A stretch of DNA of 64,000 bases from Octopus vulgaris. Its lineage: Eukaryota. Below the pieces are notes generated by a model. It was given only the letters and a program-made list of their open reading frames with translations. It had not been told where the DNA came from and ran no database searches. Below, piece after piece: positions 37,071-52,057 of the stretch. A program made the position numbers and the translations under genes. Where the stretch lies: NCBI GenBank assembly GCA_951406725.2, contig OX597827.1, forward strand, positions 55,490,001 to 55,554,000. Reading direction: 5' to 3'. Position 1 is the first letter of the stretch; each line of letters begins with the position of its first letter.

Positions 37071-37448
37071 TCTCTATATCTATAAACGGCAAAATGTCTG
37101 TGTGTCCTTTATACAAATCCACGTAAAAGGCTCGCATTTTCTATGGGCTTTCAAAACTGTCTGAGAGTGGTCGTGAAGATCTTTTCATTTCCCCAGTCAC
37201 CCCAGAAAGCCATTAAAAAAATCGATAAACTAACCCCTTATGCCCATAAGATATGGGCATTGCCAAAGTCCAATGAATATTAATTACTCTCATAAAAAGC
37301 TCCAACTAGTTCACAAACAACAAAACTATCCCAAGCTGAAATGTGATAAGAAACTTAGCTTTTGATTTAGTGAGAAATTTTTACTGCGACCCGGCAATGA
37401 ACAACAAGCACTAGCACTAGACCCGGCAACGCTGGGTCATAGTGCTAG
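37071..37448 (+). mobile_element. Non-autonomous Helitron
   Basis: A|TCTCTATAT start, GC hairpin acccggcaacgctgggt, CTAG|T end; no TSD. Confidence 0.8.
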
Positions 37449-38575
37449 TGTGATATAATTTTTTTTAAATTATGAAATTATTATTATATGGACTGGGAAA
37501 TACAATCAATAGCAAAACCTAAATGCCTTTGTTGATCCCAAGTCCCCAGAAGGATCCAAAGTAAAACTGACCTCAGGTTAATTTTACTTTGTGTTCCTCA
37601 AGGAGTCAATAAAAGTAGTACTAGTCAATATAACTGAATGTGCCCCTCTTACTAAATTTTTTGCTTACTGTCAATGTTTGAAATAGTAATCATCATCATC
37701 ATCACCATCATCATTCTTTTGAAGTCTGCATTTCCTTGTATGTATGGTGCCAGAGAGAATTTGTCGAAGATTTTCAGTGACCAGATACCACCCGCTTTTC
37801 ACTTGTTTGCAAGCAAGGTAATATTTCCCCATGACCAGGCATACCTTCATGGAAGTTTGGAGAAAGACACTGCTTGTAAGATGGTCACATTTGTTTTACA
37901 ACTATCATGTGGAGACACAAACATATTTACATACCTATACATGCACAGATATGTGTGTATATATATGTATATATATATATATATATATTTATCACAGGCT
38001 TCTTTCATTTGCCATTTACCAAACCCTTTCACAAGGCTTTGGTTGTCTAGGGGCTTATAGTAGAAGCTACTTACCCAAGGTGCCATGCAGTAGGACTGAA
38101 CCTGAAACCATGTAATGCAAAGTGATCTTAACCACATAGCCATATCAATGCACCTAAAATTTAACTGTACATCTGAGGGTTTGAATATGTAGCTGTGTAG
38201 TTAAGGATCCAATCATGTGATCTCAGGTTCAGTCCCACTGCATGGCACGTTAGGCAAGTGCTTTCTACTATATATAGCTCTATGTTGATCAAAATGGATA
38301 TGGTAAACAGAAACTGAAAGGAGCCCATATGTGTGTGTGTATGTATGTGTACATGTGAAGGCATGTGGATTAGTGGTTAGGGTATTCAGCTCAGTTGTAA
38401 AGTTGTGAGTTTAATACCCGACAACACATTGTGTCCTCGAGCAAGACTTATTTCTCATTGCTCCAGTTCACTCAGCTGGTAAAAATGAGTAGTACCTGTA
38501 TTTCAAAGGGCCAGCCTTGTCACATTCTGTGTTACACTGGATCTCCCTGAGAAATATGTTAAGGGTATGTGTGTC

Positions 38576-38805
38576 AAAGGCGGTGAGCTGGCAGATACGT
38601 TAGCACACCGGGTGAAATGCTTAGCGGTATTTCATCTGCCGCTATGTTCTGAGTTCAAATTCCGCCGAGGTCGACTTTGGCTTTCATCCTTTCGAGGTCG
38701 ATTAAATAAGTACCAGTTATGCACTGGGGTCGATATAATCGACTTAATCCGTTTGTCCTTTTCTGTCCTCTCTGTGTTTAGCCCCTTGTGGGTAGCAAAG
38801 AAATA
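38576..38805 (+). mobile_element. Family-2 SINE inserted in a family-3-like SINE
   Basis: 12-bp TSD ggtatgtgtgtc at 38564-38575 and 38806-38817; homologous to 9463-9698. Confidence 0.9.
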
Positions 38806-39174
38806 GGTATGTGTGTCTGTGGAGTACTCAGTTACATGCACATTAATTTCTCAAGCAGGCTGTTCTGTTGATCAGATCAATTGGAACCCTCATCATCATA
38901 ACCGATGGACTGCCAGTTAACTGAGTTTATGTATGTGTGTTTGTGTGAACTATTTGTGTTGACATCAATGACGATTATGAATAATTATGCATCATTATCA
39001 TACAAATGATGTTGTCTGTTTCCAGTCTTCTATGAAAAATATGACCAGCTATAGGCAAATAATACCCTGCTTGGAAACAAATGAGGGCTGGTGACAAGAA
39101 AGGCATGTGATCATAGAAAACCTGTTTCAACAAATTCTGTCCGACCTATTCAGGCATGGCAAAGCAGACATTAA

Positions 39175-39395
39175 TCCTTTAGCATTCAGATTACTCTAAT
39201 CAGTTGCAATGCTTATTTCTTCACATTGTTTTGAATTAATCATACATCATTTCATAGCTTCAAGATTTCTATGATGTGATTGTTTATTTTTAGAATGACA
39301 TTGTAGGGTAAGTGTGAGCGGCTGGATCTGACGGGTGTGAACAGAAAACAGGTAGAACATTTTGGTCAAGTATGGCTGGTTTAAATGTTAAAGGG
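39175..39395 (+). mobile_element. piggyBac-type MITE family B inserted at the TTAA of a SINE tail
   Basis: gcagaca-TTAA|tcctttagcatt...aaaggg|TTAA-gtgatga. Confidence 0.82.
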
Positions 39396-40875
39396 TTAAG
39401 TGATGAGGACATATATACAATCAACTACTCCCCCACCACTAAAGTATGCCTTATGCCTATGTTAGGAATCATTATTATTAAACAGTGAGCTCGCAAAATC
39501 TCTAGTAAGCCAGGCAAAATGCTTTGAGGCATTCTGTCCATCTCTGTTTTGAGTTCATAATTCCATTGAGGTTGATATTACCTTTCATCCTTTCAGGATG
39601 GGCAAAATATGTTCCAGCTGAGGACTGAGACTAATGTAATTTGACTCATCCTCTTCCCTGAACTTCCTGGCCTTGTACCAAAATTTGAAACTATATATAT
39701 ATATATATATATAAAAGTGAGGTTGTGTGTGTGTGTGTGTATAAACCCACATAACTTCTGAAGTTCACAACTGATTTTCTCCAAAATGGGAACATAGATT
39801 ACTTATGTTCTATGAGATGGTTTTAGACTCTTAAAACTTTTCACCTAATGAGTAACGGGTCCCCTAGGAGCAGAAAATACCCGTTCCTGGGTCACATGGA
39901 GAAGGGCAGTAACTCTTTGCTAAATAAATTTCAGAAATTGATTGTCTCCCTTACATCCATTGATCAAAAAATTATCACAATCTCCATTGGCTGTGTGAAA
40001 GAGCAATACTGGCTCCAGAAAACAGCACTGTTTGTAAAATTAATGTGCAGTTGCTGCAGTACCTTCCTGGAAGTCCTCACCTCTATAAGTCAGTCGATAG
40101 AATCCCAGATTCAGAAGAGGTAAAATATCCAACAGAATTTCTCACTTCATTGGAGCCTCCCTAAATTTCAGGCTTTGTGCCTATAGTTGTTGTTGTTTGT
40201 TCCTTCTCGAGCCATGCCTGGCTCATAAGGGCTGGTTTCATTGGTGTATAGGTTCCCCACCTGGATGGGACACTGGTCCATCGCAGGTGAGCTGCTAGGT
40301 GCAGGAAGAAAGAGGGAAAGTTGTGGCAAGAGAGTCAGCAGAGGTTTGCCATTATCTTCTGTCAGAGCCACATGCAGCTTAGGTGTTTCGCTCATAAACA
40401 CACACCCAGTCTGAAATTCAAACCCACAATCCCTCAACTGCGAGTCAGCTGCTCTAACCACTTGGCCATGTGCCTCCACTTTGTGCCAGTAGCAGAAAGA
40501 AGAATTATTAGGTGGTGAACTAGCAAAATTGTTAGTGTGCCAGGCATTTAGTGGAATTTTGTCTTTACATTCTGAGTTCAAAAAAGACTTTACTGGGTCA
40601 ATAAAATAAGTACCAGTTGATCCCTGGGGTTGATGTAATCAACTTGCTTCTCTCCACAAAAATTTCAGGCCTTGTACCTATAATAGAAAGAACTATTTAC
40701 TAACAATTTATTGCAGGTGTGGCTGTGTGGTAAGAAGCTTGCTCAAGAACCTCATGATTCTGGGTTCAGTCTCATTGTATGGCACCATAGGCAAGTGTTT
40801 TCTACTATAGTTTCAGGCTTTATTAGTGGATTTAGTTGATGGAAACAGAAAAAGGCCTGTCATATATATATAATA

Positions 40876-41273
40876 CTAGCAGTATCGCCCGGCGTTGCTC
40901 GGGTTTGTTTTGACCCTTTAGAATTGGAATTTTGGAAAAGTAAAAATTTTGCGTTATGTAGCTTGTTATTCTCTTTAAGTGAACATTTTTCTGGTTGAAA
41001 TACACTGTAAAATGGCGACACAGCAGTAAAAAAATCATAAAAAATAGGGATTTTCATAGAAAAAAAGCACTTTTTTGCTGTAAATAATTTTTGTGTTAAC
41101 ATGTGTTAACATGGTCCGATTTGAATTTTTTCTTCTACGGAAGGAAGAGCAAGCCTTCTATCATACTCTCAATTTTGGTCAACTTGCGCCGCAGTGTCTC
41201 GGAGGAGATAGTGTTAGTTGAAGGCTACCAAACCTGCCATACACAGACAACTTCAGCTTCATATATATAGAGA
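40876..41273 (-). mobile_element. Non-autonomous Helitron inside a family-1 SINE
   Basis: On the minus strand A|TCTCTATAT...cccgagcaacgccggg hairpin...CTAG|T; homologous to 43016-43406. Confidence 0.88.
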
Positions 41274-41521
41274 TATGGGTGTTTGACAATCAGTGTTGAT
41301 GTATTCACATCCTTGTAACTTAACAGTTTGGCAAAAGAGACTGATAGAATAGGTACCAGACTTAAAAATAGGTCAGGGGACCAGGGTCGATTCATTTGAC
41401 TAAAAACTTCTTCAAGGCAGTGCCCCAGCATGGCCATGGTCTTATGACTGAAACAAACAAAAGCCAAAAGATATCCATGTTTAAATATAATTGAAATGTC
41501 AGATAAAAACTACTGCTTTGA

Positions 41522-41735
41522 CCCTTTCGTTACCAACCTGGCTGAAAGCAGCTCTGAGTACAAATGTCTTGTTTTCATAAGTTTTGAATTAAAATCTTCC
41601 ACCAAACCTTAGTCACAATTTATGTTCCTAACACTAGTTGAATGATAACCAAGTTATTTTACTAAATTCTTTGTTATATCTAAAGTAATTGAAAGAAACA
41701 CAGAATATCTCAAAATAAATATAGTAACAAAAGGG
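41522..41735 (-). mobile_element. piggyBac-type MITE family A, inverted copy
   Basis: Reverse complement of 25311-25531; AAGGG|TTAA end. Confidence 0.85.
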
Positions 41736-42199
41736 TTAAAGACTTTATATACTTTTGATAAATCAACTATGAATGTCAATCTTCTTAAGTTATATTATAG
41801 TAATAACAAATATCTGTAACGAATTTGTTGGGGAGAGCTTTGTAAAAGTTTTATTTAGTTATTATATCTTTTGCGGTTTATTAGTTTCTAATATTTTTTT
41901 GTCGATTTATTTCTTTATTTCCATGTTTTTGCTGCTGATTACTACAGCTGCAGCAATAAGATTGTTTGAATCTGAATTCTTCTTCTTTGCTACATTGTTA
42001 CTAAACATATCTTGTTCTGATGATACTCGGTGTGTATGTGTGTGTGTAGGAGTATGTTGCACTCAGCACTGTCTGCGTATCATTTTATTTTAGATATTTT
42101 ATACTTAGAGTTGCAGAACATTCAATATACAAAAAAAAATGTTTGCTAGTTTTTATATTAATCAGCAAATGGTTTTATAGTGCAGGTAATAATATTTAT

Positions 42200-42445
<246 letters not shown>

Positions 42446-43015
42446 ATTTGTATGTTAGCATGGTAGCGATGTGGAAAGAAGTTTGCTTCCCAATCATATG
42501 CTGTTAGGTTCAGTGGTTCAATCTCACTGTGTGGTACCTTGGGCCTCAGGATGACCAAAGCCTTGTGCATGAATTTCACACATGGAAACTGAAAGAAATT
42601 TATTGCATATACATATCTGTGCATGTGTGTGTGTGTGTGTGTGTTTGTGTCTCTTTGTTTTGATTGTGTGATAGTTGTAAATGATTGTCACTGTCATACA
42701 AGCAGTGTCATTCATTTCCAATGTTCTGTGAGAACATGTCTGGCTATGAGGAAATATTATCTTGCTTGGAAACAGGTAAGGGTTGGCAAACAGGGAGGTC
42801 ATTCAGCCATAGAAAATCTGTCTCAATAAACTTTGTCCGACCCATACAAGCATAGAAAAGTGGACATTAAAAGTTATGGTAATGATGATGATGATGATTT
42901 GAGTACTGGATAGCAGGACAGGAGGTCTTGCAGGTATTTGTTTAGGCTCTCTACATTTGAAATTTAGGTCCCATCATAGTCAACTTTGTCTTTCATCCTT
43001 TTGAGAGTTAAATAA

Positions 43016-43406
43016 TCTCTATATATATAAAGCTGAAGTTGTCTGTGTATGGCAGGTTTGGTAGCCTTCAACTAACACTATCTCCTCCGAGACCCTGCAG
43101 CGCAAGTTGACCAATATTGAGAGTATGATAGAAGGCTTGCTCTTCATTCCCTAGAAGATAAAATTCAAATCGGACCATGTTAAGATCAAAAATTATTTAC
43201 ATCAAAAAGGTGCTTTTTTTCTATGAAAATTCCTATTTTTTTAACGATTTTTTGACTGCTGTGTTGCCATTTTTTGGTGTATTTCAACCAGAAAAATGTT
43301 CACTTAAAGAGAATAACAAGCTACATAATGCAAAATTTTTACTTTTCCAAAATTCCAATTCTAAAGTGTCAAAACAAACCCGAGCAACACTGGGCGATAC
43401 TGCTAG
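43016..43406 (+). mobile_element. Non-autonomous Helitron, same family as 40876-41273
   Basis: A|TCTCTATATATATAAAGCTGAAG...cccgagcaacactggg...CTAG|T. Confidence 0.88.
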
Positions 43407-43900
43407 TTAAGTATGAATACAAAACAATGAATTAGCAGAATGTTAGAACATTAAAACAGTTGTTTGCAGTATTTTTTCCAACAGTGTGTGTCCTGAGTCA
43501 AATCCTGCCTCCTGTCACTGACAAAAATGATGACTGGCTTGGAAAATCCATAAGAAAAATGCAGGTGATTACTCTCAATGCTGCTACGACGACTGTTAAG
43601 AAAGAATGCAGAGGTGATGCTCAAGTCCTGAGCACCCAGCAAACAAATGATATATGTATATGTACATAATATATCTTCTCTCTTTTATCTTCTACTTGTT
43701 TCAGTCATTTGACTGTGGCCATGCTGGGGCACTGCTTTGAAGATTTTTTTTTTAGTTGGATGAATCGATCCTAGTACTTTTTTTTTCTTCTCTTAAGCCT
43801 GGTGCTTATTCTATCAGTTTCTTTTGACGAATTGCTAAGTTATGGGAATGTAAACACTTCAACACCAGTTGTCAAACTGTGGGGGACAAACACACACACA

Positions 43901-43941
<41 letters not shown>

Positions 43942-43944
<3 letters not shown>

Positions 43945-44318
43945 TTGCGTCAGAAATTAATTAGCACTTCTCAAATTTCTACATTAAATAGGTTAAATCA
44001 ATTAACCTATGAGCTGTTCAAAACGTCTTACGCGATGAGAAAACTTAGTATGGTGTGATTTCGGTCCTTGCGAGGCGCTACCTATATCTATTAAACAAAG
44101 GAAGATTTGTCTGCATCCGCACTCCAAGTTGTTGCACTGCTATGTCAACATCATAAGGCTGTAGACTCTCAAACTGCTCTGCAAACAAAGTTACGTCATC
44201 GTTCTGCGCAACAGTGAACTCGCAACAAAGCAATAGTTCGAGATATGGCCACTAGGTGACAGCACATACCTTGAGTGAAGAGCAAATCAAGGGTGCTAAT
44301 TAATTTCTGACGGTAGTG
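43942..44318. mobile_element. Tc1/mariner MITE inserted in the (TA)n middle of a family-1 SINE (43678-44510, -)
   Basis: TIR CACTtgCGTCAGAAATTAATTAGCAC / GTGCTAATTAATTTCTGACGgtAGTG, TA flank; CpG-rich interior. Confidence 0.88.
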
Positions 44319-45734
44319 TATATACATACACACACACACAAATATATACAACAGGCTTCTTTCAGTTTCCTTCTCCCAAATCCGCTCATAAGGCTTTGGT
44401 TGGCCTCAGGCTATAGTAGAAGACGATTGCCCAAGGTACCATGCAGTGGGACTGAACCCAGAACCACGTAGTTAGGAAGCAAGTTTCTTACCACACAACC
44501 ATGCCTGTGCCTATGTATATTCCTTGTTATTGTTGTCATTTTTGCATGTGTTTCTTTGCTTGAAGGGTCCTCTCTAGCACAGTATTTTGCCTGTTGTTGC
44601 AGGTTAGACCAATAATCAACTGTGCCTGAGTCAGTCAACCAGCCTCTTCTAACAAGCACATACATGCACACATGCATACACACATGTGCGCGCTCACACA
44701 CACACACTTTCCTACATCATCATCATCATCATCATCATTTAGCGTCCGCTTTCCATGCTAGCATGGGTTGGACGGGTCAACTGGGGTCTGTGAAGCTGGA
44801 AGGCTTCGTCAGGCCCAGTCAGATCTGGCAGTGTTTCTACAGTTGGATGCCCTTCCTAACGCCAACCACGCCGCGAGTGTAGTGGGTGTTTTTTACGTGC
44901 CACCTGTACAGGTGCCAGACAGAGCTGGCAAACGGCCACGAACGGATGGTGCTTTTACGTGTCACAACTTAGAGTATTTTTTTTTTTGCTTTTGATGTCA
45001 AGAATTTAAATTTTGTTGAAGTTCTGAACAAGGGGATTAATAACAACATCAAGATATAATTCAATTAAAAGAAGTAATAAGATGAATTATTTTTCTTTTT
45101 GTGTATTAATTCTTTATAGAGTAATTATCATTTTTTTTTGTTTTTTCTTTGTGGAATTATTTGTCTTTTGAATTATCAGTTTCAAATTTTGGCACAAGGC
45201 CAGCAATTTCAGGAATGGGGTAAGTTGATTACATTGACCACACCCCTAGTGCTGAACAGTTACTTATTTTATTAATCCTGGAAGGATGAAAGGGAAAATC
45301 GACCCCGGTGGCATTTGAACTCAGAATGTAGTAGATACAGACACCCTGCCATTAAGCATTTTGCCCTGCATGTTAACAGTTCTGGCAGCTTGCCACCTTA
45401 CAAGGGTTTAATGATATTACCAAGATATTTAGTTAAAAGAAATAATAATAAGGTAGATTCTTCTTCTTGCGTTTTAATGCATTGTAGGCTGATTATTGCT
45501 TTTTTATGTGTGGAAAATTTGTTATCTTATTTGTCTTTTGAAATATCATTGATTCCTACTTTATTATTGATTTTAAGTGGCAAGTATCAATTTCAGTGGT
45601 TACAGGCTGGTATGTATACAATATTAAATATGGTGAGAGCTTCTTTACTTTTATCAATAATGGGCTATCAGGAAGGATCATGTAGAGTAGGTGTATTTGG
45701 ATTATTATAAATATATATTGTTCTTATATTAATA

Positions 45735-46125
45735 GGCGTAGGAATGGCTGTGTGGTAAGTAGCTTGGTTACCAACCACATGGTTCTGGGTTCAGTCCCAC
45801 TGTATGGCACCTTGGGCAAGTGTCTTCTACTATAGCCTCAGGCCAACCAAAGCTTTGTGAGTGGATTTGGTAGACAGAAACTGAAAGAAGCCCATCGTAT
45901 ATATATATATATATATGTGTGTGTATATGTTTGTGTGTCTGTGTTTCCCCCCCCCCCCACATCACTTGACAACCGATGCTGGTGTGTTTACGTCCCCGGC
46001 AAAAGAGACCGATAGAATAAGTACTAGGCTTACAAAGAATACGTCCTGGGGTCGATTTGCTCGACTAAAAGGTGGTGCTTTAGCATGGCCACAGTCAAAT
46101 GACTGAAACAAGTAAAAGAGTAAGA
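45735..46125 (+). mobile_element. Full-length family-1 SINE
   Basis: tRNA-like head with A/B boxes, central TA/TG microsatellite, conserved tail; further copies at ~46378, 46643, 57658. Confidence 0.92.
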
Positions 46126-48275
46126 GTTCTTTTATTTTTCTGGCTTGTTATTTGTTCTTTTAGTATGATGTTGAGGGTACATGGCCTAGTGGTTAAGGTA
46201 CAGCTGTTGTGATTGCAAGATTGTAGTTTCAGGCAGTGTGTTGTGACCTTGAGGAAAACACTTCATTTCATGTTGCTCAGCAATCATTTTGACGACTGAC
46301 ATGTGGTACACCATACACTTGTACAGGCAATGTTGATTTGATGAAACAAGTGAGCTCATGTACATTTGATCACTATAGGTGCATGTGTAGCTATGTGGTA
46401 AGAAGCTTGCTTCCCAACCACATGGTTCCAGGTTCAGTCCCACTCTGTGGCACCTTGGGCAAGTGTCTTCTACAATAGCCTCGGGCCAACCATAGCCTTG
46501 TGAGTGGATTTGGTTGATGGAAACTGAAAAAAGTCCATTGTGTGTGTGTGTGTCTGTGTTGTTTTGTTTGCGTCCCTTCCTCCCAAGTGTTGAAAGGTGA
46601 AAGGCCAAACTGACACCAACAAGATTTGAATTCATAGCAATAGGCATGGCTGTGTGTTAAGAAGCTTGCTTCCCAACCACATGGTTTCAGGTTCAGTCCC
46701 ACTGTGTGGCAACTTTGGTAGGTGTCTTCTACTATATCCCCAGGCTGACCAAAACCCTTGTCGGTAGATTTGTAGACAGAAACTGAAAGATACCTGCAGT
46801 ATATGTATATTTGTGTGTGTGCGAGAGAGAGAGAGAGAGAAAGAGCGTACATGTTTGACAACCAGTGTTAGTTTGTTTATATCTCTGTAACTTTGCCTGA
46901 TAGAATAAGTACCAAGCTTAGAAAAAAGATTAGTACTGTGGTCAATTTGTTCAATTTGACTTTCAGAGTCCGTATAAGATTTTTTATTAAAATTTATATG
47001 AAATAAATTGTCTATGCTTCTACAGTACACAAAATATTTTAACAATGTTTTAATGCAATTTCTAATAATATTTAATTATAAAAATATAATATGATTTTTT
47101 AAACATTGAAGCGCTATGAGGGTCCACCTGAGTAATATAGAAATCAAAGAGGTCCATTGGCAAAAAATGGTTGAGAAACACTGAACTAAACCCTTCAAGG
47201 CAGTGCCCCAGCATGGCCACAGTCCAATGACTGAAAGAAATAAAAAATAAAAGATAACAAAAAAAAAAAGAATTTGATACTATTAAGTCCTGCACACTAC
47301 TGTCTTGGCCCATCTCCACCAACCTTGTTTGTAATGCATTGTATACTAAACAATGTACTCACATAATCTTTTTCTGTGTACACCTTTAATCCCTTAGAAA
47401 TCCATGGCTGTTGGCAGCAGTTGTCATTAATAACTATCACTATCACATAATAAATAACTGGAAATTATCGTGTGCAGAGACACGATTTATTTAAAAGATA
47501 ACAACAATGAAAATGGAATATATTTGTGTCATGTTATTTTGCAAAAGGCAAAGTAGCAAAGTGGTTAAGATGTTGGGGTTTTTTGGGTCATGCGTTCATG
47601 TCCTGTTACAAGCATTTTTACAAGTATTTGTGGTTTATTGACTCCTTGAGAGACACAAAGTAAAATTGACCCAAGGTCAGTTTTACTTTGTATCCTTCTG
47701 GGGATGTGGGGTGGATCAACAAAGGCATTTAGATTTTACTGCCAATTGTTTCCCACTGTCTGTGTAGTCATAGTTTCATAATTTCTGAAAAAAATGTGTC
47801 AATATGATGTGCTTCTCTTTTTTGCAGCAAAAAAAAAAAAAAAAGATAAATAGGTAACCAGGCTAGCTAGGGAAATTATTTTTCATTGATTTTTTTTCTT
47901 CTCCATGAGAAGAATCATCTTTGTTTCTCATCCTTTTATGATGCAGGAAATAGAACTAACATCAGCTATGTGAAATTCAATGTTTTGGGAATTGTTTGTT
48001 TTTTAACTTTGTAATTTTTAAACATTATTATTATTAGTAGTAGTAGTTGTTGTAGTATTATAAGGGCAACAAGCTGGCAGAATTGTTAGCACAGTATACA
48101 AAATACTTAGTGGCACTTCTTTAACTTTACATTCTGAGTTAAGCTCTTGCCAAGGTTGACTTTGTCTTTCATCCTTTCAGGGTTGATAAAATAATGACTG
48201 GCTGAGTATTGGGATGGATGTAATCAACTAGCCCCTGCCCCCAAATTTCAGGCCTTGTACTTTATAATACAAAGG

Positions 48276-48302
<27 letters not shown>

Positions 48303-48308
<6 letters not shown>

Positions 48309-48640
48309 GAGTGAAAGAGCAGTGCATGCCATCAAAGTGACACTGGGGTAAATTATACAAAGCCCAGTATATCCATCATGACTACCAGTCTGATAAGGGT
48401 ACACTAGGAACATGCATCACAACCATATGTGTGCGGCATGGTTATCTCATATCAAGCTCAACAGTACATGACCTTGCAGGTGGAGCCCAGTTAGAATTTT
48501 CTTCTGGTTGAGTAACCCATCCCGCTCAAAAGGTCCCTGAATAAGGGTTGTTTAAGGATGTTGAACGAAACACCCATGTTTCCAGAGGTGAATTATTCAA
48601 ACTCCAAAGAATCCCTTTCAACACATGGCTATGATGCTCC
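48303..48640 (+). mobile_element. Interspersed repeat embedded in (TTA)n, partial copy
   Basis: Reverse complement of 54500-54825; (TTA)n on both sides; further fragment at ~4700-4880. Confidence 0.8.
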
Positions 48641-49074
48641 TTATTATTATTATTATTATTATTATTCACTTTTTGTGGAGAGGACATGCAGATGGTCCAG
48701 TTGCTGTCAGTATCTGCTGTGTGGAGGACTAGGCATCCCATAGCTAATGATGCATAGATATATGCTGAAGCTATGCCATCTGCAGCATTTCCTTAACAGA
48801 GAGCAGGTATGGTCGTGTTAGACGTTTTTTCACAGCTTGTCTTTTTGATAGAGCTGCTGTCCTGTATCAAGCATAGATGAAAGCAGTGTGCCTTGCACCT
48901 TGAGTGACATCAAGCTGGTGCAATTACACTGCTACTAACTGACTGTAATTTTAATACCACATTTTTTTACCCTAGAGGAGGCGACTCGATTCTATATCAA
49001 CATTTATTTTGATTCTTTGAAGATCCAGAAATATTTTAATTCTACTAGGATTTCCCACATTGTTTCTCACTGAG

Positions 49075-49409
49075 ACCCCCTTCGGTCATGACACAGACCA
49101 TGGGATTGCACCTAGAAAATTACCCTCCTAGGCACAAGTCCGAGCAAGGTTGTTTATGGAAGACCAACAGTCGCCCATGCATACAAGCCTCCCCTCTCCA
49201 CGCCACCAGTGTTATCCAAGGGAAAGGCAATGGCCAATACAGCTTGGTACCTGTGATGTTGCAACTCATTTCTACAGCTGAGTGAACTGGAGCAACGTGA
49301 AATAAAGTGTCTTGCTCAAGAACACAACATGCAGCCCGGTCCGGGATTCAAGCTCACAACCTCACGATCGTAAGCTCAACGCTCTAACCATTGAGCCATG
49401 TGCCTTCAC
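49075..49409 (-). mobile_element. tRNA-derived SINE (family 3)
   Basis: Head gtgaaggcacatggctcaatggttagagcg... on the minus strand; homologous to 33070-33375. Confidence 0.82.
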
Positions 49410-49836
49410 TACTCATTAAAAAAAGAAATATTTGGAAGTCTTGGAATAATTTATGCAATATTGTCTATTGGACTTCTTGGTTTTAGTGTATGAGCTCACC
49501 ACATATTCACAGTTGATATAGACATCAGGCACTCACAGTCCTCTGACAGTCAGACAATGTGGTTGGTGGATCTTCCATTATGGTATTCTATAGATGATTA
49601 GTAGTATACAAGAACAACTCCAGTTATCAATAAAAATCAACTGGCTAGTCTTTTCTGGAGGACTTTTGAACCAAAATTCCAAGGCATGGCAATGCCACAA
49701 GGGATCATTGCTGGTTTGAGATAAGCCCTACAGACATGGTAGTACTATCAACCACATTGACTTTAGTTGCATGCAAAGTGATGAAACTGTCCAGCACTCA
49801 TACAGTGATTGGGCAGACAACTGCTATCATGTATAG

Positions 49837-50071
49837 CAGTGGTTCTCAACTATGTTTTGTCTATGAACTCCTTTCATTCTTATTTTACTCTACTGGACCT
49901 CCATAGGCAGTCGATGTTTAAAAATTTCTCATTATATTTTACAATTAAATAGTATTAGGAATTCTATTAAAATATTGTTGAAATATTTTGTGGATTGTAG
50001 AAATATAACTGATTTATTGTACATAGATTTTAACAGCAAAATCTTATGTGAGCCCCTGTTGAGAATCACTA
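49837..50071. mobile_element. hAT (Charlie-like) MITE
   Basis: CAGTGGTTCTCAAC...GTTGAGAATCACTA with 8-bp TSD atgtatag (49829-49836, 50072-50079); inverted partial relative at ~46968-47183. Confidence 0.88.
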
Positions 50072-50629
50072 ATGTATAGGTTGGATCCAGCTATCAGCCA
50101 ACTCCATTGTGAAGATCACCCCACCACTTTCCTTTGGTCAGGAACGGAAAGTAGTTTTCCTCTGTCTAGTGGTTATGATGAAAGAGGTTGTGTGATGGAT
50201 GAGACTGAAAACAGACACTTTCCTCTTCAGCCAAGATCTCATTGACTTTTTATAAGTCAATTTGAAAAGGAAGGTGAAGGATGTGCTGCCTCCAGGTAAA
50301 TTTGTTAAAAGACAGGTGAATATGGCAAGGATGACTCAAGTGAGTGGACCTTTTCTAAGCTAGCATCTGTAGGCTGGGGAATACAGAGGAAAGAGGAGCA
50401 CTTGTCATGGTACACCTGATGAGTAGGATGGGTTGGAATCTTTTGGGTTCCTTAGTTGCCCTTGGGTGGTGTTACCCCAATTGGTTTTTTTGTCAAGATT
50501 TCTTTGCAAGCTGTTATTGTTTTCATTATTTACACATTTCTTTGTAACTCATCACTATCTTTTGTCTTCATGTTACCCCAAATGTTTTTTGTTTGTCCTT
50601 GTGGTCAGTAAAGAAAAGATTATTGCTAA

Positions 50630-51031
50630 TCTCTTTTACTTGTTTCAGTCATTTGACTGTGGTCATGCTGGAGCGCCACCTTTAGTCAAGCAAATCGACC
50701 CCAGGACTTATTCTTTGTAAGCTTAGTACTTATTCTATTGGTCTCTTTGCTGTCTCTAAGTGACAGGGATGTAAACACACCAGCATTGGTTGTCAAGCGA
50801 TGTTGGGGGGACAAACACAGACACACAAATGTATACACACATGTACATATATATATATATATACATATATACAATGGGCTTCTTTCAGTTTCCATCTACC
50901 AAATCCACTCACAAGGCTTTGGTCGGCCTGAAACTATAGTAGAAGACACTTGCCTAAGGTGCCATGCAGTGGGACTGAACCTAGAAGCATGTGGTTCGTT
51001 GGCAAGCTACTTACCATGCAACCACTCCTGC
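50630..51031 (-). mobile_element. Full-length family-1 SINE
   Basis: Homologous to 11221-11588. Confidence 0.9.
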
Positions 51032-52057
51032 GTTAATGTTAATGTTAATGTTAATGAAATTGTGTTTGCTCTTGGATTTTGCTCCTAATCTAGCATGGTT
51101 AGAGCGATAATGCCAAGTTGTTCAAAAATAAATGGCAAAGTACTTCAAATTCTCCCTTTCAATTTCAACATGAGGTTTCTGAGTCTGCATATGTCATAGG
51201 GATTATAATTGCACAGTAAACAGTATCTATCAGTTATAAGCAGCAAAGCAGGTAAAAAAAAATATGTATGAACACATGTTAGTGTGTAAGAAACAGACTG
51301 AAGATAAATCAACAACACACGCCTCCAGCAGATTACATGTTTAAAAAAAGGTCTATATAATTTATAGTATGCTATTTCATGCATGTATATACTACTCCAA
51401 AACAGAAGGTGAGCAGCTACTGAACAGATAAGCAGATTTATTTAGATAAAAATAACTGATAAGTCTCAAGGGGTATTTGCTTATCTTATGCTGAGGTTTT
51501 CTTTTTATAAGATTTTGTTTAAAATATATCTATGTAATCTATTTTAAGAATATGGTGATAATAATAATGATAATAATGGTTTCATATCTTGGCACAAAGG
51601 CCAGCAAGTTTCAGGGGAGAGGGTAAGTCAGTTACATTGACTCCAGTGTTCAACTGTTATTTAATTTATCAACCCCTAAAGGATTAAAGACAAAGTCAAC
51701 CTTGGCAAAATTTGAACTCAGAATATATGTAAAAATGAACGAAATGCCACTAAGCATTTCACCTGACATGCTAATGCTTCTGCCAGCTCATCACCTAATG
51801 ATAATAATAATAATAATCCTTTCTGCTATAGGCACAAAGCCTGAAATTTTGAGGGAGAAGATGAGTCAATTACATTGACCCCAATACATGACTGGTACTT
51901 ATTTCATTGACCCTGAAAGCGATGAAAGACAAAGTCAACCTTGGTGGCATTTGAATTCAGAACATAAGGATGGATGAAATGTCACCAATTATCATCATCA
52001 TCATCGTCATTGTCATGATGATGATGATTATTATTGTTATTATTATTATTATTATTA

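Noticed and set aside
45735-45810. tRNA genes (also 33070, 38576, 49340)
   Set aside because: tRNA-like heads continue into SINE bodies; no complete cloverleaf
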